This document shows positions 29,527 to 40,384 of a DNA stretch of 64,000 nucleotides, one piece after another; positions within the stretch are counted from its first letter, which is position 1; each line of letters opens with the position of its first letter. Source of the stretch: an uncultured delta proteobacterium (lineage in GTDB: Bacteria; Myxococcota; UBA727; VGSZ01). Both the position numbers and the translations under genes were made by a program. Location of the stretch: NCBI GenBank assembly GCA_963775425.1, contig CAVZJB010000013.1, positions 160,001-224,000 of the forward strand, read 5' to 3'. The notes under the pieces were generated by a model, which searched no databases, had not been told where the DNA came from, and was given only the letters and a program-made list of their open reading frames with translations.

Positions 29527-30405
29527 CTACGGCGCGTCGAGCGCGCGGGGGCTCTCGATCAGCTCCTGGAGCCGCTTGGCGAAGCGCGCCACGGGGCCCC
29601 CGTCGACGACGTCGTGGTCGACGACCATGGTGAGCGCCAAAAACGAGCGCGGGACCACGGCGCCCGAGACGAACACCGGCTTTTCGACGACGCTGCCGAG
29701 GGCGAACATGACCGTCTGCGGCGCGTTCATGTACGGCACGACGAAGCCGGGGATGGAGGCGAACTTGCCGACCGAGGTCACGCTGGTGGTGCCGGCGAAG
29801 CGCTTCGCCGCGCGGGCGCTGTGGACGAGGCGGCGCACGAACCACAGGCGCAGGAAGCGCGGGGCGAGCATGAGGAACCTCGCGAGCCGGCGGGTCATGC
29901 GGTCCTCGACGCCGGCGAGCCCGGAGGCGTCGAAGCGGCGCCGCGCCTCCTCGAGGTCGGCGAAGACGGCGACGGCGCTCTTGTCCTGCGCCCGCCGCAC
30001 CACGACCTGCCGCGGCATCGGGCCCTCGCTGGTGTGGACCTCGACGGGCACGTTGACGTCGACGTCGTCGAACTGGAACAGGCGCGCGCCTTCGTGGATG
30101 ACGTTGAGCGCAGGCAGCTCGGCGATGACATGCGCGATCGACGACACCACGAACGAAAACAGCGACACGCGCACGCCGTCCGCGCGCAGCCGGGAGATCG
30201 CGCGCTCGGCCTCGGTGACGTCGAGCTCGAGCAGCGCGAGCATCTTGTGCCCCGGCGGCATCGCGGCGTAGCCGTCCATCGCGATCTGCCGCGACGCCGA
30301 CATCTTCTCCACGCGGTACCCGCCGACGGGCTCGGCCTTCACCGCGCGCGCAGGCGGCGCCTTGCGCGTCTGCCGGGCGAGCCTCCGGGCGGCGATCTCG
30401 TTCAT
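29527..30405 (-). CDS. Stand-alone 2-oxoacid dehydrogenase acyltransferase catalytic domain protein
   Basis: GTTSVTSVG...ALGSVVEKP...LTMVVDHDVVDGGPVARF; no lipoyl domain; SD GAGAGG. Confidence 0.85.
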   Translation of the reverse strand: MNEIAARRLARQTRKAPPARAVKAEPVGGYRVEKMSASRQIAMDGYAAMPPGHKMLALLELDVTEAERAISRLRADGVRVSLFSFVVSSIAHVIAELPALNVIHEGARLFQFDDVDVNVPVEVHTSEGPMPRQVVVRRAQDKSAVAVFADLEEARRRFDASGLAGVEDRMTRRLARFLMLAPRFLRLWFVRRLVHSARAAKRFAGTTSVTSVGKFASIPGFVVPYMNAPQTVMFALGSVVEKPVFVSGAVVPRSFLALTMVVDHDVVDGGPVARFAKRLQELIESPRALDAP

Positions 30406-30549
30406 CGCGGACCTCTCGACGACAATGCCTCGGGCCCAAGAAGCGTGCCGCGTGGCAGGCCGCGTGCCCCCGTGGTCGTCGCCCGGCCCCGGTGCGCGAT
30501 CACACGCGCGATGCGGGGGAGCGCGCACGCGGGCGCGGCGCCTCGACAG

Positions 30550-32544
<1,995 letters not shown>

Positions 32545-32714
32545 ACCTGCAGGCTACCCCTGGTGCCCGGGGCGCGTCTGAAGAGGGCACGGACGTGCCG
32601 CATCGACACGCCGGCGGGAGCGACGTGGTCGTGAGCCCGGAGGTCCGCCGCCGCGCCAATCGTCATGCGGCAAAAAACTGTCGGCACCCGGGGCAACTTT
32701 GCTACCCGTAGAGC

Positions 32715-33686
32715 ATGCTGTCCGTGTTTCTCGCCCTCGCCTGCTCCATCGCCGTCCCGCCGGACGAAAAGACCCCCAAGGTCGTCGTCGTCCCCTTCGG
32801 CGAGGACGTGGCGTCGCACGCGCTGTCCGAAGCCGCCGAGAACGCGCTGCCGGTGGCGGCGCGGGAGCGCGGGCTCTCTTCGACGAGGGCGGAGCTGGTG
32901 AAGCCGGTGGTCGAGGCGATGCGCGGCTGCCGCGAGGACGGCTGCCGCATCGCCGCCGCGCGCCGGCTCGGCGCCCGCTACGCGGTGCTCGGCGCCGTCG
33001 ACGGCGGCGCGCTCCTGCTGCGCATCATCGACGTCGACGTCGGCGACGCCGCGGGCAGCGCGCGCGTCGACGGAGACCCGCCCGCGGTGCTCGCCGGCGT
33101 CCCCGGCGCCGTGGACTCCCTCGTCGAGCAGGTCGCCCCCCGCTCCACGCGCCTGCTCGCGCGCGCCCGCCACGCGCGCGACGACGGCGACCTCGACGCG
33201 GCCGACCGCGCCTACGGCGACGCCATCGCCGCCGCCCGCGACGACGCCGCGCGCGTCGACCTCTGGCTCGAGCGCTGCCGCCTGTTCGACGCCGCCGACC
33301 GCGCCAAGGAGAGCGCGATCTGGGACGCGTTCGCCGCGGCGCTCGGCCCGGGGGCGCCGGGCTTCGGGACCCTCGACGACGTCGACCGCGCGCGCGTGCG
33401 CGACGCCGTGCGCGCCAACCTGCTCGCGCGCGCCGACTTCGAGGCGCGCATGGCCGAGGGGGACAAGGCGGAGCGGCTCACGGCGGCCGCGCGCATCCAC
33501 GAAAAGATCGCGGCGCTGTTCCCCGAGGACGCCGCGGCGCAGACGGTCGTCGCCGCGTCGCTGCTCGCGCAGGCGGGCGACACGGCGCGCGCGCACACCC
33601 TCCTCGAGAAGGTGGCCGGCGACGAGCACGCCGACGCGGACGTGCGCGTGCGCGCGCTCGCGCGGATGCATCGCATCGGGCGGTGA
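32715..33686 (+). CDS. Exported hypothetical protein with TPR-like helices
   Basis: Signal-like N-terminus; C..D.C..AARRLGA..AV.G motif; helical C-terminus. Confidence 0.65.
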   Translation: MLSVFLALACSIAVPPDEKTPKVVVVPFGEDVASHALSEAAENALPVAARERGLSSTRAELVKPVVEAMRGCREDGCRIAAARRLGARYAVLGAVDGGALLLRIIDVDVGDAAGSARVDGDPPAVLAGVPGAVDSLVEQVAPRSTRLLARARHARDDGDLDAADRAYGDAIAAARDDAARVDLWLERCRLFDAADRAKESAIWDAFAAALGPGAPGFGTLDDVDRARVRDAVRANLLARADFEARMAEGDKAERLTAAARIHEKIAALFPEDAAAQTVVAASLLAQAGDTARAHTLLEKVAGDEHADADVRVRALARMHRIGR

Positions 33687-34006
33687 CGGGGCGCTGTGCC
33701 CGACGAAGAACAGATCGGGTGGTCAGCGTTTCTGCGCAGAAGCTTTCGCACCGCTGCGCGAATCCTTCGCAACACCAAAGCGCGTCTCGACGCCAGAGTC
33801 GCGGCGCGTGCGTGTGTGACGCTATGCACGCGCCCGTGTTTGAACGGTGTGAACGAAGCGCGTCGCACTGCGTCGTCCCGGGCGGCCGTCGATCGAATTG
33901 CCGCGATCGGACGCGCCCGGATCGCGGTGGTGCAGGCGCGCACACGGCGGCGCGGCCAGCCGTGGCCCGCGCATTGCTCGGTGCTTGGGTTACGGGAGTG
34001 GAACGC

Positions 34007-34177
34007 ATGACTGCCAAGACCCAACACGATGAGTCGACGCCGGAAGAGCCCGAGAAGCCCCGCCTCGCCGATTTGCTCGCTCGCTGCCTCGACGAGGACG
34101 ACCTCGCCGCGTTCGACGAGCGCACCGAGGACGAGCGCGAGCGCTGGGACGAAGACGAGGGCTCCTCGGGCGGCTGA
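34007..34177 (+). CDS. Small acidic protein (56 aa)
   Basis: GGGAG SD, then MTAKTQHDESTPEEPEKPRLADLLARCLDEDDLAAFDERTEDERERWDEDEGSSGG; not called separately in the ORF track. Confidence 0.55.
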   Translation: MTAKTQHDESTPEEPEKPRLADLLARCLDEDDLAAFDERTEDERERWDEDEGSSGG

Positions 34178-34258
34178 GGCCCCCCACGACCTCTTTCGCC
34201 GGCCCTCATGCCGGCCAGGAGCGCGCCCGGTGCGCGCTTTTGTTTTAGCCTTGCTCGC

Positions 34259-34873
34259 ATGGGCGACGAGCTATTGAAGACGAGCGAGCACCGGCTCTGG
34301 GCGCTGATCGAGGAGCGGCTCAAGGCCGGCGCGAACACCGCCGAGGTCGACCAGCGCATCTGGGACCTGTTCGGCGAGACCTGGGCGGTGATGTTCACCG
34401 ACCTCTCGGGGTTCTCGCGTCAGGTGGAGGCGTTCGGGATCCTTCACTTCCTGCAGATCATCTGGGAGCACAAGAAGGTGCTCGAGCCGGTGATCGCCGC
34501 CCACGACGGCATCCTCATCAAGACCGAGGCGGACTCGCTGCTCGTGATCTTCCGGCGCGCGGCGTCCGCGTTGAAGTGCGCCGTGAAGATGCAACACACG
34601 CTCGAGGCGATGAACGCCGGGCGCAGCGAGGAGAACAAGGTGCTCCTTTGCGTCGGCGTCGGCTACGGCCCGCTGCTGCGGCTCGGCGACAGCGACGTGT
34701 TCGGCAAAGAGGTGAACGCCGCGAGCAAGCTCGGTGAAGACACCGCGCGCGCCCGCGAGATCCTGGTGACCAAGGCGGTCATGGACGCGGCGGGCCCGCT
34801 CGAGGGGCTCAAGTTCGAGCGCCTCGACGTCGCCGTCGCCGGCTCCCAGGAGAACTACCGCCTCAAGTACTGA
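34259..34873 (+). CDS. Class III adenylate/guanylate cyclase domain protein
   Basis: AVMFTDLSGFS, IKTEADSLL, DVFGKEVNAASKLGE. Confidence 0.9.
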   Translation: MGDELLKTSEHRLWALIEERLKAGANTAEVDQRIWDLFGETWAVMFTDLSGFSRQVEAFGILHFLQIIWEHKKVLEPVIAAHDGILIKTEADSLLVIFRRAASALKCAVKMQHTLEAMNAGRSEENKVLLCVGVGYGPLLRLGDSDVFGKEVNAASKLGEDTARAREILVTKAVMDAAGPLEGLKFERLDVAVAGSQENYRLKY

Positions 34874-34916
34874 GCGGGTGCGCACGCAACATGAAGGCGG
34901 TGATGGAGATGCCCCC

Positions 34917-36272
34917 ATGGAGATGACGGCGTGCACCGCGGTGCACAAGCTCCCGGACGGCGAGGTGCGCCTGCTCGGGGCCATCGACGTCGTCACCGGA
35001 TCGATGACGCGCGTCGAGACCGCCGGCAAGCGGCTGCTCGTCGACTGCGGCGCCGCCCAGGGCCCGGAGGCGCGCCGCTGGCACTTCCCTGACGCGGCCC
35101 GCGACGTCGACGCGCTGCTCTTGACGCACGGCCACTACGACCACATCGGCTCCATCCCCGCGCTCATCGACGGCGGCTTCGAGCGCCCCATCCTCGCCAC
35201 GCGCGCCACCCTCGACATCGCGCGCATCTCCATCGAGGACAGCCTCCACATGAGTCGCGCGAGCGACAAGGAGATCGACCGGCTGATGCGCCAGCTCGAC
35301 AAGCTCGCGCGCTCCATCCCCTATGACAAAGCCGGCGAGCACCTGCCCGGCTTCGACGGCAAGATCACGTTTCGCGAGGCCGGCCACATCCTCGGCAGCG
35401 CATCGCTCGAGGTGACGACGAACAAGAGCCGCGTGATCCTCTCGGGGGACCTCGGGCGGCCCGATAGCCCCATCCTCAAGGACTACTTCACCGGCTGGAC
35501 CGACGAGCGCCCGGTCGACGTCGTGCTCATGGAGTCCACGTACGGCGCGCGCAGCCACGAGCACAGCCACGGTGACATCGAGCGCGACCTCGAGCGCGTG
35601 GTCAACGAGGCGGCCAAGCGCCACGGCAAGATCTTGATCCCGTCGTTCGCCATCGGCCGCACCCAGGTGCTGCTCTACTTCCTCAACGAGCTCGTCGAGG
35701 CGAAGCGCATCCCGCCGGTGCCCGTGGCGCTCGACACGCCCATGGGCACCCTCGTGACCGAGACCTACGAGCACGCGCGCAGGCTCTTCGACCGGGACGC
35801 CCTCGACAAGATCCAGCGCGGCGACGACCCGCTGGACTTCGCCAACCTCTTCTTCGTCAGGCGCGGCCACGACTCCGCCAAGCTCATGCGCTCCAAGGGC
35901 TCGCTCATCATCATCGCGGGCAGCGGCATGTGCACCGGCGGCCGCATCGTGCACCACCTCGTCGACGGCCTTCCCAATCCGTCGTGCACCGTGCTCTTCG
36001 TCGGACACCAGAGCGTGGGCACCGCCGGCCGCCGCATCCAGGAGGCCAAGGCCGGCGGCGCCACCGTCTGGATCAACCACAGGGACGTCCCCGTGCGCTG
36101 CCACATCGAGACCCTGCGCGGCCTGTCCGCCCACGCCGACCGCGACGAGCTGCTCACCTGGCTCTCGCACATCCCGAACAAGGCACGCGTGGCGCTCAAC
36201 CACGGCGACGCCACCGCGCAGCGCGCGCTCATCGAGTACGCCCGGGACAAGGGCGCCCTCTCCTCCGGCTGA
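34917..36272 (+). CDS. MBL-fold beta-CASP ribonuclease-like protein
   Basis: VTGS, LVDCG, THGHYDHIG, AGHILGS, SGDLG, MESTYG, SGMCTGGRI, SAHAD. Confidence 0.92.
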   Translation: MEMTACTAVHKLPDGEVRLLGAIDVVTGSMTRVETAGKRLLVDCGAAQGPEARRWHFPDAARDVDALLLTHGHYDHIGSIPALIDGGFERPILATRATLDIARISIEDSLHMSRASDKEIDRLMRQLDKLARSIPYDKAGEHLPGFDGKITFREAGHILGSASLEVTTNKSRVILSGDLGRPDSPILKDYFTGWTDERPVDVVLMESTYGARSHEHSHGDIERDLERVVNEAAKRHGKILIPSFAIGRTQVLLYFLNELVEAKRIPPVPVALDTPMGTLVTETYEHARRLFDRDALDKIQRGDDPLDFANLFFVRRGHDSAKLMRSKGSLIIIAGSGMCTGGRIVHHLVDGLPNPSCTVLFVGHQSVGTAGRRIQEAKAGGATVWINHRDVPVRCHIETLRGLSAHADRDELLTWLSHIPNKARVALNHGDATAQRALIEYARDKGALSSG

Positions 36273-36280
36273 CGGGCGCG

Positions 36281-36490
36281 CTACCTCCGGTTCTGCTCGA
36301 AGATGGCGAAGCCACCGAGCGACGCGTCGTCGTAGGTGATGCGGCCGCCCGCGACGGAGATGCGAGCTGCGCGACCTTGGGCCCGCGCGCGGTGCCGAAG
36401 ACGCCGCTGACGCCGCCGGCGGCGCAGACGACCTCGCCGGCGCCGCTGCTGCCGACCTCCTGCTCGGGATCGCCGACATACGGCCGCGCG
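36281..36490 (-). pseudogene. Gene remnant with a 1-bp frameshift and no start
   Basis: Codon-biased reading YVGDPEQEVGSSGAGEVVCAAGGVSGVFGTARGPKVAQL, then shifted RISVAGGRITYDDASLGGFAIFEQNRR*. Confidence 0.4.
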
Positions 36491-36493
36491 CGC

Positions 36494-37441
36494 TCACAGG
36501 CGGAGGGCGCGGCGACAGCGCTCGAGGGCGTCGAGGGCCTTGCCGTATCCCTTGCCGGCCTCGAGGAGCACGGGGATCTGCGCGGGGTCGCCGGCGACGC
36601 TTCGGGCCACGGCGGCGACGTCGACGCCGCCGTCGAGGGCGATGCTGGCGGCCATGGCGGGCGGCAAGGTGAACGTGACGCCGTCGCTGATGGTGCGCAG
36701 GGACGCGAAGGGCAGCCCGTGCTCCGCTGCGAACCGGGCGGCGACGTGGGACTCCATGTCGAGCGCGCCGGCGCCGGTCCGCTTGCGGATGCGCGCGCGA
36801 TCCGCTGGCGTCGAGGTCATGGTGTCGACGCCGAAGAACGCCACGCGCCGCGCGTGCTCGCCGGCGCGCGCGGCGCCGGCGACGAGCTCCTTGGTGAGCG
36901 CGGGGTCGACGGGCCAGGCGCCGTCGGCGCACAGGACGCGGTCGGCGACGACGACGGCGCCCGGGTGGAGCGACGGGAAGAGCGCGCCGGCGACGCCGAA
37001 GCTGACGACGGCGCGGACGCTCGAGGGGTCGACGCGCGCGAGCAGCGCCCGCAGGTGCGCCGGGTTGGCGCCGCTGACGACGACGACGGCGCCGGGGCCG
37101 GCGGCGACGCGCGCCTCGTCCTGCATGCCGACGACGAAGAGCACCGGCCGCGCGTCGCCGGCGCGCTCGTGCGGCGGCGCCGACGCACACCCCGCGGCGG
37201 CCGTGAGCGCCGCGAGCGCCACGAGCGCGCCCGCGACGGCCGCCGGGCCGCACTTCGAGGCGCTCTTCGGGCCGCGCCTCGGGTCGAGCCGGGCGGCTCG
37301 ATCGGCGCCGGCCCGCGGATCGGGCCGGGGGGTCCGGGCGGCGGCGCGGGGCCCGCCTCGTGGTCGGCTCGATCGCGGGCCGGCCCGCGGATCGGGCCGC
37401 GGGGTCCGGGCGGCGGTGGGGGCGTCGTCGCGGGCGCTCAC
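36494..37441 (-). CDS. HpnG-like (hopanoid-associated) nucleoside phosphorylase with lipoprotein-like signal
   Basis: VVGMQDEARVAAGPG..VVSG, VVSFGVAGAL.P.L.PG, TGA.ALDMESH..A..A...GLPF..LR.ISD..LPPA; start at GTG behind TAGGGT box. Confidence 0.75.
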   Translation of the reverse strand: MSARDDAPTAARTPRPDPRAGPRSSRPRGGPRAAARTPRPDPRAGADRAARLDPRRGPKSASKCGPAAVAGALVALAALTAAAGCASAPPHERAGDARPVLFVVGMQDEARVAAGPGAVVVVSGANPAHLRALLARVDPSSVRAVVSFGVAGALFPSLHPGAVVVADRVLCADGAWPVDPALTKELVAGAARAGEHARRVAFFGVDTMTSTPADRARIRKRTGAGALDMESHVAARFAAEHGLPFASLRTISDGVTFTLPPAMAASIALDGGVDVAAVARSVAGDPAQIPVLLEAGKGYGKALDALERCRRALRL

Positions 37442-37553
37442 CTGGCGCACCCTAGTCGTTCGCGGCGCGCTCGACGCGGGGGCGCGACGTCGGCCCGCTG
37501 ACGGACCCGGCGGATCGGGGAACCTCGCGGCGCCGGCGAGCGTGAAAGAGGGC

Positions 37554-38429
37554 GTGGCTGCTCCTCGCCCGCGACGCGCCCGCTTCGCCCTCGTCGCCGT
37601 CGCCGCGCTCGCGCTGTGCGCCGTCGCCGCGCACGAGCGCGGCGGCGCCCACGCCGACGTCGTCGCCGCCGGCCGCGAGACCGTCGACATCGGCGACCGC
37701 GTCACCGCCGTCCTCGAGCGCGGCGCGCGCGTCCGCTTTGACGTCGAGCCGCGGCCGCTCCGCCCCGAGCGCGTCGTCGTCGACCAGCTCGCGGGCCGCG
37801 TCGCCTATCGCGTGGCGGGCGCCGGCGTCCGCTTCCACACGCCCGCCGGCGGCTTCGTCGCCCACGACGCCCGCTTCATCGTCGACCTCGACCGCGCGCC
37901 CGGGCACGTGCGCGTGGGCGCCGGCGACGTCAGCGTGAGCGCGGCCGCCGAGCTCAGCGTGGAGCGCGCCCCGCTCGAGACGCCCCCCGGCCCTGGCGAC
38001 CTCGAGGCGAGGCTCACCGCGCTGCGCGCGCTCCGCGAGCGGCTCCGGCGCGGCGACGACGACGACGGCGCCCGCTTCACCCGCGCGCACCTGAAGGCCG
38101 CCGTCGCCGCCGCGCTCGAAGAAGCCGGCGTCCGCGGCGCCGTCACCGGCGTCGACTGCGGGCGCTCGCCGTGCGTCGTCACCGGCGTCATCAGCGGCAG
38201 CGGAACGAGCGTCGTCGCGGGCGTCGACCCAGGCGTCGCGGGCGTCGACCCAGGCGTCGGCACGAGCGACGCGGGCGGCGCCGCGCTCGCGTCGAAGCTC
38301 CTCCACAGCGCCGCGCTCGCGCCGTACGCGGATGACGACGCCCGGGTCTCGACCTGGCGCGACGCCGGGGGCGCCGGCTTCGCCGTGTCGTTCGCTCGTG
38401 CCGGCCCCGAGGGGGGCAGCGGGCCGTGA
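37554..38429 (+). CDS. FecR-like membrane-anchored protein (degenerate)
   Basis: N-terminal TM; QLAGRVAYRV....RFHTPAG..V....F.V resembles FecR; start uncertain. Confidence 0.45.
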   Translation: MAAPRPRRARFALVAVAALALCAVAAHERGGAHADVVAAGRETVDIGDRVTAVLERGARVRFDVEPRPLRPERVVVDQLAGRVAYRVAGAGVRFHTPAGGFVAHDARFIVDLDRAPGHVRVGAGDVSVSAAAELSVERAPLETPPGPGDLEARLTALRALRERLRRGDDDDGARFTRAHLKAAVAAALEEAGVRGAVTGVDCGRSPCVVTGVISGSGTSVVAGVDPGVAGVDPGVGTSDAGGAALASKLLHSAALAPYADDDARVSTWRDAGGAGFAVSFARAGPEGGSGP

Positions 38430-38476
38430 GCCCCGCCTGTCGTTGTGCGCGGGCGCGCGACGGGCGAAGGGAGCCC

Positions 38477-38917
38477 ATGACCCGATCGGACGACGTCCGC
38501 GCGCGCGAATTCTTCGACCGCTGCCGCTACGGCGTGGTGAGCAGCCTCGGCGACGACGGCGCGCCGCAAGCCGCCGTCGTCGGGCTCGCCCTCGGCGACG
38601 ACGGCTCCATCGTCTTCGACACCCTCGGCACCTCGCGCAAGGCGAAGAACCTCCGGCGCGACGGGCGCTGCGCCGTCGTCATCTGGGACGGCGAACGCAC
38701 GCTGCAGATCGAGGGCGTCGCCGTGGAGCCCACCGGCGCGGCGCGCGAGCGCGCGCTCGAGACGTACTTCCGCGTCTTCCCCGACGGCCGCGAGCGCCTC
38801 TCCTGGCCGCACATCACCCACTTCGCGATCACGCCGCACTGGGCGCGCGACTCCGACTACGACGCCGTCCCCGAGGCGCGCATCCTCGAGGTCGACCTCA
38901 CCGGCCGCGCGCCCTGA
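38477..38917 (+). CDS. Pyridoxamine 5'-phosphate oxidase family protein
   Basis: GVVSSL..DGAPQAA.V...FDT..SRKAKNLRRD.R.AVV...TLQIEG. Confidence 0.88.
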   Translation: MTRSDDVRAREFFDRCRYGVVSSLGDDGAPQAAVVGLALGDDGSIVFDTLGTSRKAKNLRRDGRCAVVIWDGERTLQIEGVAVEPTGAARERALETYFRVFPDGRERLSWPHITHFAITPHWARDSDYDAVPEARILEVDLTGRAP

Positions 38918-39247
38918 CGGGCTCTGTGACGACGGCGACCGGTCGCCGGGAGAGCGCGAGCGCATTCGTTTTCCAATCGCGTAGAATCGACGGGCTCGCC
39001 CGGGGGAAATCACCACGCGCAGCTCCACGTTCCGCACGCTCCCTGCGCTCGCGCAAGTGCTCGTGTTGAAGGAGGGCATCGAGATGCCCGCGACCTTGAG
39101 CGCGAGCGACGAGCCCGTCGGCCTCGCGGCGGAGCTCAAGCACGGCACCACGACCGTAGCACCGTCCCCTTCCGGGTGGCTCGGATCAACGGTCCATCGG
39201 GCCAGCCCTCGTCGCCACTCGCGGCGCTCGGCCTTTGAGCTGACGAG

Positions 39248-40270
39248 CTACGCGGTGCGCGTGAGGCGCACGGGCTCGCCGCCGACCGGCACGGCGTCGA
39301 GCGCGTGCGGCTCGATCAGCGAGCGCACCTCGAGCTGCTCCTCGATGTCGGCGAGGCGCAGGTCGACCTTCTCCAGGAGCTTGCGGTTCACCGAGATGAG
39401 GTCGGCGATGAGCGCCAACAACACGAGCAGCGTGCCCGCGCCCATGAGGATGGACGCGAGGATCAGGGACTGCACGTGGCCGCCCTGGCCGAGGACGAAC
39501 TGCGCGTACAGGAAGCGCAGCCCGAGGCCGAAGCCGGCGAGGAGCGCGAGGAAGCCGGGCACGCCGAAGAAGCGGAACGGCTTGTACGCGAGGAACACGC
39601 GCACGATGGTGACTGCGGAGTAGCGCACGTACGACGAGATGCTCTTGAGCAGGCGCGACGGGCGCAGGTCTTCGTTGGTGCGGATGGGCACCGAGACCAC
39701 GCGCAGCCGCTGGTGGCCGGCCTGGATGATGGTCTCGAGGGTGTACGTGTAGTCGGAGAAGACGTTCAGGCGCTTGGCGGCGTCACGCGACACGGCGCGG
39801 AAGCCGCTCGGGGCGTCGGCGACCTCGGTGCTGCTGGCGACGCGCACGACGAAGGAGCCGAGCTTTTGCAGCAGCTTCTTCTTCCGGGAGAAGTGGGCGG
39901 TGTCCGCGATGGGACGTGCGCCGATGACCATGTCGGCGTCCCCCTGGACGATGGGGCGCACGAGGTGCTGGATGTCGTCGGCGCAGTACTGGTTGTCCGC
40001 GTCGGTGTTGACGATGACGTCGGCGCCGAGCTGCACGCAGGCCCGCAGCCCGGTGCGGAAGCCGTTGGCGAGGCCGCGGTTGGTGGGGACGCGCACGACG
40101 TGGTCGACGCCGTTTTCGCGGGCGACGGCCACGGTGTTGTCGCGGCTGCCGTCGTCGATGACGAGCCACTCGACCGCGTCGAAGCCGGGCACCTCGCGCG
40201 GCAGCGCGCGCAGGGTGACGGCGAGGGTCTCCTCCTCGTTGAAGCACGGGATCTGGATGATGAGCTTCAC
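39248..40270 (-). CDS. Glycosyltransferase family 2 (DPM-synthase-like)
   Basis: IIQIPCFNEE, VIDDGSRD, NTDADNQY, SGFRA; two C-terminal TMs. Confidence 0.93.
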   Translation of the reverse strand: MKLIIQIPCFNEEETLAVTLRALPREVPGFDAVEWLVIDDGSRDNTVAVARENGVDHVVRVPTNRGLANGFRTGLRACVQLGADVIVNTDADNQYCADDIQHLVRPIVQGDADMVIGARPIADTAHFSRKKKLLQKLGSFVVRVASSTEVADAPSGFRAVSRDAAKRLNVFSDYTYTLETIIQAGHQRLRVVSVPIRTNEDLRPSRLLKSISSYVRYSAVTIVRVFLAYKPFRFFGVPGFLALLAGFGLGLRFLYAQFVLGQGGHVQSLILASILMGAGTLLVLLALIADLISVNRKLLEKVDLRLADIEEQLEVRSLIEPHALDAVPVGGEPVRLTRTA

Positions 40271-40384
40271 GCGGGAAGCGTGATCGGCGCTCGCCCAGTC
40301 GTCAACGGCGGATCCAGCCCGAAATGTGCGCGACGCGAGGGCGCGGCCCACGGATTTCCGGCGATCGCGACGACGGCGTCGCGG

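Noticed and set aside
34259-36272. Cyclase + nuclease as a Pycsar/CBASS-like defence system
   Set aside because: The cyclase has adenine-type Lys/Asp residues. The nuclease is an ordinary beta-CASP protein with no cyclic-nucleotide sensor domain. GC matches the host and no defence-island context is seen. It cannot be fully excluded without a search.
38920-39245. Small gene or ncRNA in the spacer before the GT2 stop
   Set aside because: Only a short stretch of coding-like sequence (VLVLKEGIEMP...) that runs antisense into the GT2 gene. No supportable structure.
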